Below are positions 17,998 through 26,926 of a DNA stretch of 64,000 nucleotides, one piece after another; position 1 is the first letter of the stretch, and the number at the start of each line of letters is the position of its first letter. The DNA comes from Steroidobacteraceae bacterium. GTDB lineage: Bacteria; Pseudomonadota; Gammaproteobacteria; Steroidobacterales; Steroidobacteraceae. The notes beneath the pieces were generated by a model that saw only the letters and a list, made by a program, of their open reading frames with translations, had not been told where the DNA came from and searched no databases. Both the position numbers and the translations under genes were made by a program. Location: positions 7,968 through 71,967 of the forward strand of contig DASYER010000075.1 in NCBI GenBank assembly GCA_036498905.1, given 5' to 3'.

Positions 17998-20685
17998 TTG
18001 AGAGGCACGGCGGGACAAATCGCGGTCTCTAGTACGGAAAGAGCTTATGATTCTGTGAAGCTCGCGGTTGGGGGGGGGGCCACCATCAAACTACTGGAAC
18101 GCGAAGTTCAACTGCGGCGCCTCGAGCAGGCGTTTGAACAGACCAAGCAGGGCCACGGTCGGCTTCTGGCGATTTCCGGGGAAGCCGGCACCGGCAAGAC
18201 GACATTGGTGGAACGCTTTGTCTTTGCACATGGCAAGCAAGCGCGCGTGCATCGTGGGGCCTGCGAGAATCTGTCTACGCCGGAGGCCCTGCTACCCTTA
18301 CGAGACATCATGCGAGCAAGTGGCGAGTCATTCGACCCCGCTCTCGATCCCATTCAGTCGTTTGAGCGACTACTGCGCCTGCTGGCCGCCTCCCCCACCC
18401 CGTGTGTGCTGGTCATTGAGGATCTGCACTGGGCTGACACCGTCACGCTTGATCTCATCCGCTTTCTCGCACGGCGCATCGGACCGCTGCGGGTCTTGAT
18501 TCTACTGACCTATCGCGACGAAGAGGTCGATGCGCGCTCCCCGGTACGCCTTGTTCTCGGCGAGGCGGCGGCCGGAAGTCTGGAGCGCATGAGCCTGGAG
18601 GCATTGTCGATGGATGCCGTTGCGCAACTTGCCGCGGATCATGGCCGCAGCGGCGCGGAGATCTTTGCTCTCACCGCCGGCAATCCCTTCATGGTCAGCG
18701 AAGCACTGGCCGTGGAGGGCGATCTGCCGACGGATGCAGTGCGTGATGCGACTCTGGCGCGCGCGTCCCGCCTGGCACCGGATGCCCGCGCGGTTCTGGA
18801 GGCCGTGTCGATATTTCCGCGGCGCGCCGATACGGCAATCATCGCCGAGATGGTCGGACATGGTCTTTCCGGTCTCGATGCCTGTGTCGAGAAGGGTATG
18901 CTGACACTCGACGGCGCCGTGCTGCGATTTCGGCACGAGCTGGCTCGTCGCGCCGTCGAGGCCGCCGTTGCGCCCTCGCGCAGGCGCGGCCTGCATCAGG
19001 CGGTGGTAAACGAGCTGGCTCGACGTCCAAATGCGCGCGCCAGCGAAATCGCTCATCACGCCCAGCGAGCGGGCGATGTCGAGAAGCAATTGAAATTCGC
19101 AGCAATTGCGGGACGCGAATCGGCCGGTGCCGGAGCGCCGCGTGAAGCGGTGGCGCACTACGAGGCCATTTTGCGGCATCGCGACATTCTTGATGCCACG
19201 ACTCTGACCGATGCTCTGGAGCGGTTCGCCGAGCAATCGTACCTCATGGGCGCCGTCGACAATGCCGTGACCGCAATGCAGGAGGCTGCCGAGCTGCGAA
19301 GATCTACCGGCGAAACGCTGCGATTAGGACAAGACCTCACCCGCTTGACCCGCTTTGCGTGGATGTGCGGTCGACGACACGAGGCCGAAGGATTCGTCGA
19401 CGAAGCGATTGGTGTGTTGGAGCAGGCCCCGCCGGGGCGTGAACTCGCGTGGGCCTACTCCCACAAGTCACAGCTGGAAATGCTGGCTTCACTGATACCT
19501 CAGGCCGTTCAGTGGGGAGAGCGCGCCCTGAGTCTGGCAAGAAGTCTGGGCGAAGATGAGATCGCGGTTCATGCGCTGGGCAACATCGGCACCTCGAGGG
19601 CTGATAGCGCACGCTCAGGAAACCTGACCGAGCTGGAGCAAAGTCTCGAGCTCGCGCTCAAGGGCAATTTTCAGGACCACGTCGAGCGCGCGTCCTGCAA
19701 TCTCACCTGCACCCACTACACGCGCCGCGAGTATGAGGCCGCACTGGCTCGCATCGAGCGCGGCGTCGCATATGCCGCCGAGCGGCAGCTGAATCACTGG
19801 GAAGGCTACCTCAGGGGCTGGCGCGCGATGATTCTGCTGGATCAGGGCAAGTGGGCGGCGGCCGAGGATGAGATCGGATTGATCCTGAGTCGCACGTACA
19901 GTTCAGGTGTCTATCGCTTCCCGGCACTTGTTGCGCTGGCGAGGCTGCGCATCCGGCGCGGGGATCCGGACAGCGAGACACCCTTCGAGGCGGCTCGCGG
20001 CCTGTCGGCGACGCTCGCGGAGCTGCAACGAAGCGTCTATGTCGCCGCCCTGAAGGCCGAACTGGCCTGGCTCGGCGCGCCCGATGATGCCGCTGCAAGC
20101 CGGGAGGCCATTGCGCTGCTGCAAGAGGTCTATGCGCTCGCAAGGGAGCGGGACGCGAGCTGGGTGGCTGAGGATATGGCCTTGTGGCTTCATTTATTGG
20201 GCGACGGGGTGGCAGGCACTGCGGAGCTTTTGACCCCATATCGTGACCATTGCGAAGGACGCTGGAAAGAGGCCGCCATCGGCTGGAAGAGAGTTGGCCG
20301 CCCCTACGAGGAAGCCCTCGCGCTCAGTGAAGGAGATGATGCCGCACAGCGCGCAGCAATAGCAGCACTCGATCGTCTCGGGGCGGCTCCGGCGGCGGCG
20401 CGCGTTCGGCGTCAACTGCGCTCCAGCGGGGCTGTGGCAATTCCGCGCGGCCCGATCGCTCGCACGCGCGCCAATGCTGCAGGCCTTACTCGCCGCCAGA
20501 TTGAAGTATTGGTCCTGGTGGACCAAGGTCTAAGCAACGTGGAAATAGCCGATCGATTGTGCATTTCGGCCAAAACCGCGGAACACCACGTATCCGCGAT
20601 TATCGCGCGTCTCGAGGTCGGGACGCGGCGCAACGCCGCGCAGGCCGCCCGCTCTCTCGGGCTCCTGGCCGAGCACAAGAAATAG
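17998..20685 (+). CDS. large ATPase-LuxR (LAL/MalT-like) transcriptional regulator
   Basis: N-terminal P-loop GEAGTGKTTL, a long helical/TPR-like middle, and a C-terminal LuxR HTH (LTRRQIEVLVLVDQGLSNVEIADRLCISAKTAEHHVSAI). The start is uncertain: TTG 17998 or GTG 18055. Confidence 0.85.
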   Translation: MRGTAGQIAVSSTERAYDSVKLAVGGGATIKLLEREVQLRRLEQAFEQTKQGHGRLLAISGEAGTGKTTLVERFVFAHGKQARVHRGACENLSTPEALLPLRDIMRASGESFDPALDPIQSFERLLRLLAASPTPCVLVIEDLHWADTVTLDLIRFLARRIGPLRVLILLTYRDEEVDARSPVRLVLGEAAAGSLERMSLEALSMDAVAQLAADHGRSGAEIFALTAGNPFMVSEALAVEGDLPTDAVRDATLARASRLAPDARAVLEAVSIFPRRADTAIIAEMVGHGLSGLDACVEKGMLTLDGAVLRFRHELARRAVEAAVAPSRRRGLHQAVVNELARRPNARASEIAHHAQRAGDVEKQLKFAAIAGRESAGAGAPREAVAHYEAILRHRDILDATTLTDALERFAEQSYLMGAVDNAVTAMQEAAELRRSTGETLRLGQDLTRLTRFAWMCGRRHEAEGFVDEAIGVLEQAPPGRELAWAYSHKSQLEMLASLIPQAVQWGERALSLARSLGEDEIAVHALGNIGTSRADSARSGNLTELEQSLELALKGNFQDHVERASCNLTCTHYTRREYEAALARIERGVAYAAERQLNHWEGYLRGWRAMILLDQGKWAAAEDEIGLILSRTYSSGVYRFPALVALARLRIRRGDPDSETPFEAARGLSATLAELQRSVYVAALKAELAWLGAPDDAAASREAIALLQEVYALARERDASWVAEDMALWLHLLGDGVAGTAELLTPYRDHCEGRWKEAAIGWKRVGRPYEEALALSEGDDAAQRAAIAALDRLGAAPAAARVRRQLRSSGAVAIPRGPIARTRANAAGLTRRQIEVLVLVDQGLSNVEIADRLCISAKTAEHHVSAIIARLEVGTRRNAAQAARSLGLLAEHKK
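18070..18079 (+). repeat. G10 homopolymer inside the 5' end of the LAL regulator ORF
   Basis: The sequence GTT GGG GGG GGG GCC encodes VGGGA. It lies 15 nt after the GTG 18055 candidate start. Confidence 0.95.
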
Positions 20686-20782
20686 GGGTCGCGGTCGACA
20701 AAGATGGGGGCAGTTGCCCCATGCGCGCGGGAACCCTTCCTCGCACCATGCCTCCCGGTCAACCTGGCCGGGGAGCAAACAA

Positions 20783-21556
20783 ATGTCTCGCATCGCAATC
20801 TTTGTCTATGGAATTGCCAGCTATCTGGTCTTCTTCGCGGTGTTTCTCTATGGCATCGGCTTCATCGGCGGATTCGCCACGCCGACTACATTGGATGCCA
20901 CACCGCAGGCGCCGCTTTGGCAGGCCCTCGTGGTCGATGTCGGTCTGTTGGCTGCATTTGCGCTTCAACACAGCGGAATGGCGCGCCCGGCCTTCAAGCG
21001 CTGGTGGACACGCCTCGTTCCGGAGGCTGCTGAGCGCAGCACCTACGTCCTCTTGAGCTCCGTGGCATTGGCCGCACTTTTCGCCTTCTGGGAGCCGATC
21101 GGCGGTGTTGTCTGGCGGGCACCGGACGGTGTCATCCGAACATCGGTTATCACTGTCTACCTGCTCGGCTGGGCACTGCTTCTGTATACGACCTTTCTGA
21201 TCGACCATTTCGATCTGTTCGGCCTGAAGCAGGTTTGGCGGCGACTGGGAAGCAAGGTCTATCGTGCGCCCGTGTTTCGCACCCCCAGCCTATACAAGTT
21301 CGTGCGCCATCCCCTGTACATCGGCTGGCTTACGATTTTCTGGGCGGCACCCAAAATGAGCGCGGCTCATCTGCTGTTTGCAGCAACCTGCACTGCGTAC
21401 ATCCTGATTGCCATCCGCTGGGAAGAGCGCGACTTGGAATCCGCGTTTGGAGATGTGTACGCCGACTACAGGAGCCGAACCCCTATGCTGGTACCGCGGC
21501 CCTGGTCGCACCGGACTTCGGATGCACCTGTCAGAATGCGCCGCGCGGTTGAATGA
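20783..21556 (+). CDS. ICMT/PEMT-family integral-membrane methyltransferase (MddA-like)
   Basis: 257 aa and multi-TM. C-terminal block FRTPSLYKFVRHPLYIGWLTIFWAAPKMSAAHLLFA is typical of this family. ATG with GGGGAG upstream. Confidence 0.7.
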   Translation: MSRIAIFVYGIASYLVFFAVFLYGIGFIGGFATPTTLDATPQAPLWQALVVDVGLLAAFALQHSGMARPAFKRWWTRLVPEAAERSTYVLLSSVALAALFAFWEPIGGVVWRAPDGVIRTSVITVYLLGWALLLYTTFLIDHFDLFGLKQVWRRLGSKVYRAPVFRTPSLYKFVRHPLYIGWLTIFWAAPKMSAAHLLFAATCTAYILIAIRWEERDLESAFGDVYADYRSRTPMLVPRPWSHRTSDAPVRMRRAVE

Positions 21557-21919
21557 CGGCACGACGCACCGGTCGGCCGGTCATGTCCGCCGCCCACGCG
21601 CCATATCGACCCTCGGGTCCGTGTGGCGCGTGGGCGCCGCCGTCAGCGCAGCTGAGTCAGGGTATCTCGCGAGTATCTCGAGTCCCATCTGGAGCGGGCT
21701 CGCTGCGCCTGTTTTGCCCGCAGCGACTCATGCCAGCGATCCAGCTCCTTTGGGGTCAACGGGCGCGGGCCGCTCTCCGGCCGCAATGGATCTTTCGGTC
21801 GCATAGGCATACCTTAATAGCCGGTACGCCAGGATCCTGTGAACCGCGACACATCGGCGTGAACAACTCCCCTCTGCATCAGCCCGCAAGACATAACCGG
21901 GCATCGTCGGCCTTCCCTG

Positions 21920-23899
21920 TCAGGGCCGCAGCCGGGAGGCCCAGCGGTACAGCATTGCTATCGTCAACACGAACATGATGGTGCCGAGAATTTCGGCAGT
22001 GTGGGCGGCGAATCCATCGCTCACCAGTGACAGCGGAAAATCCTTTCCCGAAAACGCCACCAGGGCCGCGATGAACACCCCGATGATGCCCTCACCCACG
22101 AGCATCCCGGAAGCCAGCAGCACCCCCAGTCGCTTGATGCCCTCGGGATTGGCACGGCGTTCAGCTCGCTTGTCGTAGAACCACCCCGCAATCGCCCCGA
22201 CACAGACCATCAGGGTGCTGGCCGTCGGCAGATAGATGCCCAGACCCACCGCGAGCGGCGACAGGTGGACGGACTTCGTGGTTTTACGCAGCAGCTCGTC
22301 GATCAGGATCATCACGGCGCCGATCCCGACGCCCACCCCAATCAGGCTCCAGTCCACGTTGTTCTGCAGGACGCCCTGCGCCAGCGCCGAGATCAGTCCT
22401 GCCTGGGGTGCGGGCAAGGGATGATCGCGATGCGGGCCGACTGCGCCGACGAAACCGTAGGCATGATTCAGCAGATCGAGGATCGGCGGAATGATTGCGG
22501 CCCCGGCCAGCACGCCGATGACCAGCGCCACCTGCTGTTTCCAGGGCGTGGCATTCACCAGCTGGCCGGTTTTGAGGTCCTGGAGATTATTGTTCGCGAT
22601 CGTGGCGACCGAGAACACCACCGCCGTGACGAACAGCGCGAAGGCCACCATCGCCTGCTGTGCGCTGACGGGCAGGCTGGACTTGATCGAGAACACCAGC
22701 AGCAACGCGGCACCGATGACCGCCAGGATACCGATGCCGGACAGTGGGCTGTTGGAGGAGCCGATGAGGCCAGCCATATAGCCGCACACGGAAGAGACGA
22801 AGAAGCTCATCAGCGCGATATAGGCGACGCCGCCGACAACGAGCACGGTCATATGCTGATCGAGCGCGCCATGTGAGTCGAAACGCGCGAGCAGTAATGC
22901 GATTGGGACCAGGCAGATGAGCGTGATCAGCCCGACCAGGCCGATCGGAATGTCGCGTTCGCTTTGCGGCAGGCTTGCCGCATTTCCTGCGCGACGGGCC
23001 CGCGAGGCCGCCATTGCCGAACGCAGGCCTGAGTACACCGGTCTGACCAGCTTTGCGAGGGTCCAGATCGCCGCGGCGAGAATGCATCCGGCACCGACGA
23101 AGCGCACCTGGTGGCTCCACGTGTCCAGCGCCACCCGCGCGACATCGCCCGCACCGCCATGAAGCGCCGAATAGTGAGGCACGCCCCAGCCCCAACCGAT
23201 CAGGGCGCCGACCAGCATCGCCACGCCGACCCATAGTCCGACGAGGTGACCGACAGCGAACAGCGCGAATGAAAGCAGGAAGTCAAACCCGGTCACGCCG
23301 CCACGGTTGCCGACCTTGAAGAAGCGCGCGAGGTCGCTGGCAAAGATGCGGGTGGCGACGATAAGCGCGAACAGCGCGGACCAGATCGAACCCCACAGTA
23401 CCGCGCGCAAACCCGCACGGGCATCCTCGACCGCGCCCGCCTGCGCTTCATCGCCCCCGCCAACCTTCAGGACTTCGGCACAGGCGAGGCCCTCGGGATA
23501 CGGCAGATCCGATTGCGTCACCAGAGCACGCCGCAGCGGGATCGAATACATCACACCCAGGATGCCTCCAAGTCCACAGATGAGCATGGAGGTCAGGTAG
23601 GGAAAGCCGCTCCACCAGCCGATGATCACCAGGCCCGGCAGTACGAAAATGATTGCGGACAACGTACCGGCCGCCGAGGCGACCGTCTGGACGATGTTGT
23701 TCTCCTGGATGGTCATGCCCCGGAAGCTGCGCAGCACGGCCATCGAAATGACCGCTGCGGGTATCGAGGTGGCGAAAGTCAGTCCCGCCTTCAGTCCGAA
23801 GAAGACATTGGCGGCCGTGAATACGAGAGTGATCAGAACCCCGAGGATCACACCGCGGACGGTGAGTTCCCTGGGTGCCGGGACGGGTACGGACGCCAT
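21920..23899 (-). CDS. OPT-family oligopeptide transporter
   Basis: 659 aa polytopic protein. The N-terminus RELTVRGVILGVLITLVFTAANVFFGLKAGLTFATSIPAAVISMAVLR is characteristic of bacterial OPT proteins. Confidence 0.9.
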   Translation of the reverse strand: MASVPVPAPRELTVRGVILGVLITLVFTAANVFFGLKAGLTFATSIPAAVISMAVLRSFRGMTIQENNIVQTVASAAGTLSAIIFVLPGLVIIGWWSGFPYLTSMLICGLGGILGVMYSIPLRRALVTQSDLPYPEGLACAEVLKVGGGDEAQAGAVEDARAGLRAVLWGSIWSALFALIVATRIFASDLARFFKVGNRGGVTGFDFLLSFALFAVGHLVGLWVGVAMLVGALIGWGWGVPHYSALHGGAGDVARVALDTWSHQVRFVGAGCILAAAIWTLAKLVRPVYSGLRSAMAASRARRAGNAASLPQSERDIPIGLVGLITLICLVPIALLLARFDSHGALDQHMTVLVVGGVAYIALMSFFVSSVCGYMAGLIGSSNSPLSGIGILAVIGAALLLVFSIKSSLPVSAQQAMVAFALFVTAVVFSVATIANNNLQDLKTGQLVNATPWKQQVALVIGVLAGAAIIPPILDLLNHAYGFVGAVGPHRDHPLPAPQAGLISALAQGVLQNNVDWSLIGVGVGIGAVMILIDELLRKTTKSVHLSPLAVGLGIYLPTASTLMVCVGAIAGWFYDKRAERRANPEGIKRLGVLLASGMLVGEGIIGVFIAALVAFSGKDFPLSLVSDGFAAHTAEILGTIMFVLTIAMLYRWASRLRP

Positions 23900-23926
23900 G
23901 AATAATGTCTCCCTGATGGCGGCAGG

Positions 23927-25450
23927 TTAACCCATCGGTCCGTGCGACCCAACAACGCCGGTAGGCGGCCCGAACCAGGCCGTCAGCGCCTCAGCGAGCC
24001 CCCCGAGGGTGCCCTCTCCCACCCAGGCCACATAGCCGTCGGGCCGTATCAACACGGCCGTGGGAGCCGTCACAGCGCCGAGCACCGGAAGCTCCCACTT
24101 GCCGGCATATCTGGCATCGATCAAATGAACCCGATCTGCCCATGCAGCGATGTCGAGGTCTCCGTCCTTTGCCAAATTGAGCAATAGGGGCCGGGCATCG
24201 TGCAGCAGGGTGAAGACCCGCACCGGTCCCTTGGCCGTGAGGAGGTCGAGATCGGGCATGCGGCGCCCGAGCAGCGGGTGACCCGCGCCGAGGTCGTATT
24301 GTATGTCCAGGCCCGCCATCATCGCGGCGAAACGTCTGCGGGGCTCCTCCAGGCTCAGGAGCTCGGCGACGGTGCCGCGCAGGGCCTTCGAGTGCTCGTC
24401 CGGACGACGCAGCGCGACGGATGCCATGGTGTTGCGCAGCACCCGGGCGGCTACCGGATGACGCTCAGTCTGATAGCTATCGAGCAGGCTTTCCGGCGAA
24501 GTCCCTTTGAGGACCTGTGCGAGCTTCCATCCCAGATTCACGGCATCCTGCACACCCAGCTGCAGGCCCTGGCCACCATCCGGGGAATGTACGTGGGCGG
24601 CATCGCCGGCCAGCAGAATCCGTCTGTCGCGGTAGGCCGCGGCCTGCCGCGTCATATCGGTGAATCTTGAAATCCAGGTCGGATTGTGGACACCGTAGTC
24701 GGTTCCGCATGCGGCGATGAGCGCCTCGCTCAGATCGCGCAGCGTGGGTTCGTTCGCCGGTCCGACATGCTGTTCGGTCACCATGACCCGCACGGGTCCC
24801 CCACCCATGTATATCACCTGGCCATCGCGTATCTCGTACCGCTCTTTGCCGAAGGCGTGGGTACCCAAGGCCGTGCGATGGACGCCCATTTCAGGCTGCT
24901 GGGTCATGTCGACCTCGGCGATCAGGCTGCTGGTCGTCGGATCCCACCCAGGGAACTGAATGCCGGCTGCCTTGCGCACGAGACTGCGCCCACCGTCGCA
25001 CCCGATGAGATACTTCCCCCGCAGCGACACGCCGGCGGACAGCCCGACATCCACCCCCTCCTCGTCCTGCCCAATCCCAACCACCTCGCATCCGCGGCAG
25101 ATCCTCACCCCAAGCTCACCGACCCAGCCGGCCAGAATGCGCTCGATGTGTTTCTGCCATAGCCCCAGCCCGTAGTTGTGCCGAGTAGGAAAGTCGCTGA
25201 TGTCCAGGCGGGCTCCGGCGAACATCCCGACCTGCGCCACCTGCCCCTCCGACAAGAACCGCGCGACGATGCCACGCTGATCGAGAACCTCGAGGGTGCG
25301 AGAGTGCAGACCGCCGGCACGGGAACCTGCGAGTTCCTGGCTGACACGGCGCTCGACCACGGTCACAGCGACGCCGGCCAAGGCCAACTCGCCCGCCAAC
25401 ATCAGCCCCGTCGGACCTGCTCCAGCGATCAGCACCGCAGCCTCAGTCAT
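23927..25450 (-). CDS. FAD-dependent aromatic-ring monooxygenase (PheA/TfdB-like, 507 aa)
   Basis: GxGxxG (VLIAGAGPTGLMLAGELA), DG motif (GCDGGRSLVRK) and GD motif (LLAGDAAHVHSPDGGQGLQLGVQDAVNLGWKL). Start trimmed to MTEAAV. Confidence 0.9.
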   Translation of the reverse strand: MTEAAVLIAGAGPTGLMLAGELALAGVAVTVVERRVSQELAGSRAGGLHSRTLEVLDQRGIVARFLSEGQVAQVGMFAGARLDISDFPTRHNYGLGLWQKHIERILAGWVGELGVRICRGCEVVGIGQDEEGVDVGLSAGVSLRGKYLIGCDGGRSLVRKAAGIQFPGWDPTTSSLIAEVDMTQQPEMGVHRTALGTHAFGKERYEIRDGQVIYMGGGPVRVMVTEQHVGPANEPTLRDLSEALIAACGTDYGVHNPTWISRFTDMTRQAAAYRDRRILLAGDAAHVHSPDGGQGLQLGVQDAVNLGWKLAQVLKGTSPESLLDSYQTERHPVAARVLRNTMASVALRRPDEHSKALRGTVAELLSLEEPRRRFAAMMAGLDIQYDLGAGHPLLGRRMPDLDLLTAKGPVRVFTLLHDARPLLLNLAKDGDLDIAAWADRVHLIDARYAGKWELPVLGAVTAPTAVLIRPDGYVAWVGEGTLGGLAEALTAWFGPPTGVVGSHGPMG

Positions 25451-25589
25451 CGCCACACCGCGCTCATTGATAACGAAGGCGGGTGATGCTGCGCCACGCC
25501 CCGGACCTTGCTGCAAGCCCCCGCGTACGGGATAATCTGAAAGTGCCAGCAGCCGGCACTCTCCTCGCGAAACTTCGAGGACCTGCCGA

Positions 25590-26918
25590 GTGGCCTCAAT
25601 GAGCGGCTATTACTTTCACCTGGCCATCCGCTGCCTGCGCGGGAACGTGGCGCTGACGGTATTGATCATTGCCGCGGTGGGTGTCGGCATCGGCGCCACC
25701 ATGACGGTATTCACCGTGCTGCTGGCACTGTCCGGCGATCCCATCCCCGCCAAGTCCTCGCAGTTGTTCACACCGCAGATTGACGTTTGGGGCCCATCCG
25801 TGCGGCGTGTGGGTGCGAAGGCCGATCCGCGATTGCCGGACATGCTCACCTATCAGGATGCCAACGCGCTCATGCAAGCTCATGCCGCGGGTCGTCAGGC
25901 CGCCATGTACGCCATCTCGCAGGTTATATTGCCGCCCGGCGGGGAGCCCATTGCGCGTGGCGGGCGGGCGACTTACCGGGACTTCTTTGCGATGTTCCAG
26001 GTGCCTTTTCATGCCGGGATGCCCTGGAGCGTGCAGGACGAAGCCGCGCATAGGAACGTCATCGTGCTGGGGGCGAAGCTCGCCGCAAAACTCTTTCCCG
26101 CCGGAGGTGCGGTGGGTCGGGAGGTCACGATGGAGGCAGGAGCATTCCGCGTCGTCGGAGTGCTCGAGAACTGGAATCCACAGCCGCTTTTCTATGATCC
26201 TGGCGGCAACGCCTTTTTTCGCGACGAAGAGTTTTTCATACCCTTCACTGTGGCGATCGAACACCAGCTCCCCGGCAACAGCCTAAGCTGCCATACCCGG
26301 CTGGCCGCGGATTGGAACTCGCGCCTGCAGTCCAGCTGCGTGTGGATACAGTTCTGGGCTGAACTGCCGAATGCGAGCGCGGCGCGCGCCTACCGCCAGT
26401 TCCTCACCAATTACGCGGCCGAGCAGCGACGATCCGGACGCTTTGATTGGCCGGTCTCGGTGCAGTTGAGCAACGTGCGGCAATGGCTGCAAATCGAACA
26501 CATCGTCCCGGATGAGATGCGGATCAATGCGCTGCTGGCCTTGGGATTTCTGCTGGTGTGCCTGGTGAACGCCGTTGGCCTGATGCTGGCGAGATTCGCC
26601 GGCCGATCGGCGGCCTATGCGATTCGCCGTGCGCTGGGCGCTTCGCGAAGCGACATCTTTCTGCAGTGCATGGCCGAAACGGCTCTGGTCGGGGTGCTCG
26701 GCGGCGGCCTGGGCTTGATGTTGACCGCATTGGGACTGATCGGCCAGCGCACGACACTGGTGCACACTGCCGCGGATACTGCCCGGTTGACTCATCTGGA
26801 CAGCAGCCTGATGGCGCTGACGCTGATTGCGGCCATCGGCGCGACGTTCCTGGCAGGACTGTACCCGGCATGGCGAGCGGCGCGCAGTGCCATTGGCTGG
26901 CAGCTCAAGGAGCAATAG
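25590..26918 (+). CDS. FtsX/MacB-type ABC permease
   Basis: An N-terminal TM (LRGNVALTVLIIAAVGVGIGA), a large periplasmic domain and a C-terminal FtsX 3-TM bundle. Start is GTG 25590 or ATG 25599. Confidence 0.8.
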   Translation: MASMSGYYFHLAIRCLRGNVALTVLIIAAVGVGIGATMTVFTVLLALSGDPIPAKSSQLFTPQIDVWGPSVRRVGAKADPRLPDMLTYQDANALMQAHAAGRQAAMYAISQVILPPGGEPIARGGRATYRDFFAMFQVPFHAGMPWSVQDEAAHRNVIVLGAKLAAKLFPAGGAVGREVTMEAGAFRVVGVLENWNPQPLFYDPGGNAFFRDEEFFIPFTVAIEHQLPGNSLSCHTRLAADWNSRLQSSCVWIQFWAELPNASAARAYRQFLTNYAAEQRRSGRFDWPVSVQLSNVRQWLQIEHIVPDEMRINALLALGFLLVCLVNAVGLMLARFAGRSAAYAIRRALGASRSDIFLQCMAETALVGVLGGGLGLMLTALGLIGQRTTLVHTAADTARLTHLDSSLMALTLIAAIGATFLAGLYPAWRAARSAIGWQLKEQ

Positions 26919-26926
26919 GCGCCATC

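Noticed and set aside
20707-20727. Hairpin ATGGGGGCAGTTGCCCCAT after the LuxR-type regulator gene as an intrinsic terminator
   Set aside because: The stem is bulged with a minimal loop and no downstream T-tract, so it is too weak to call.
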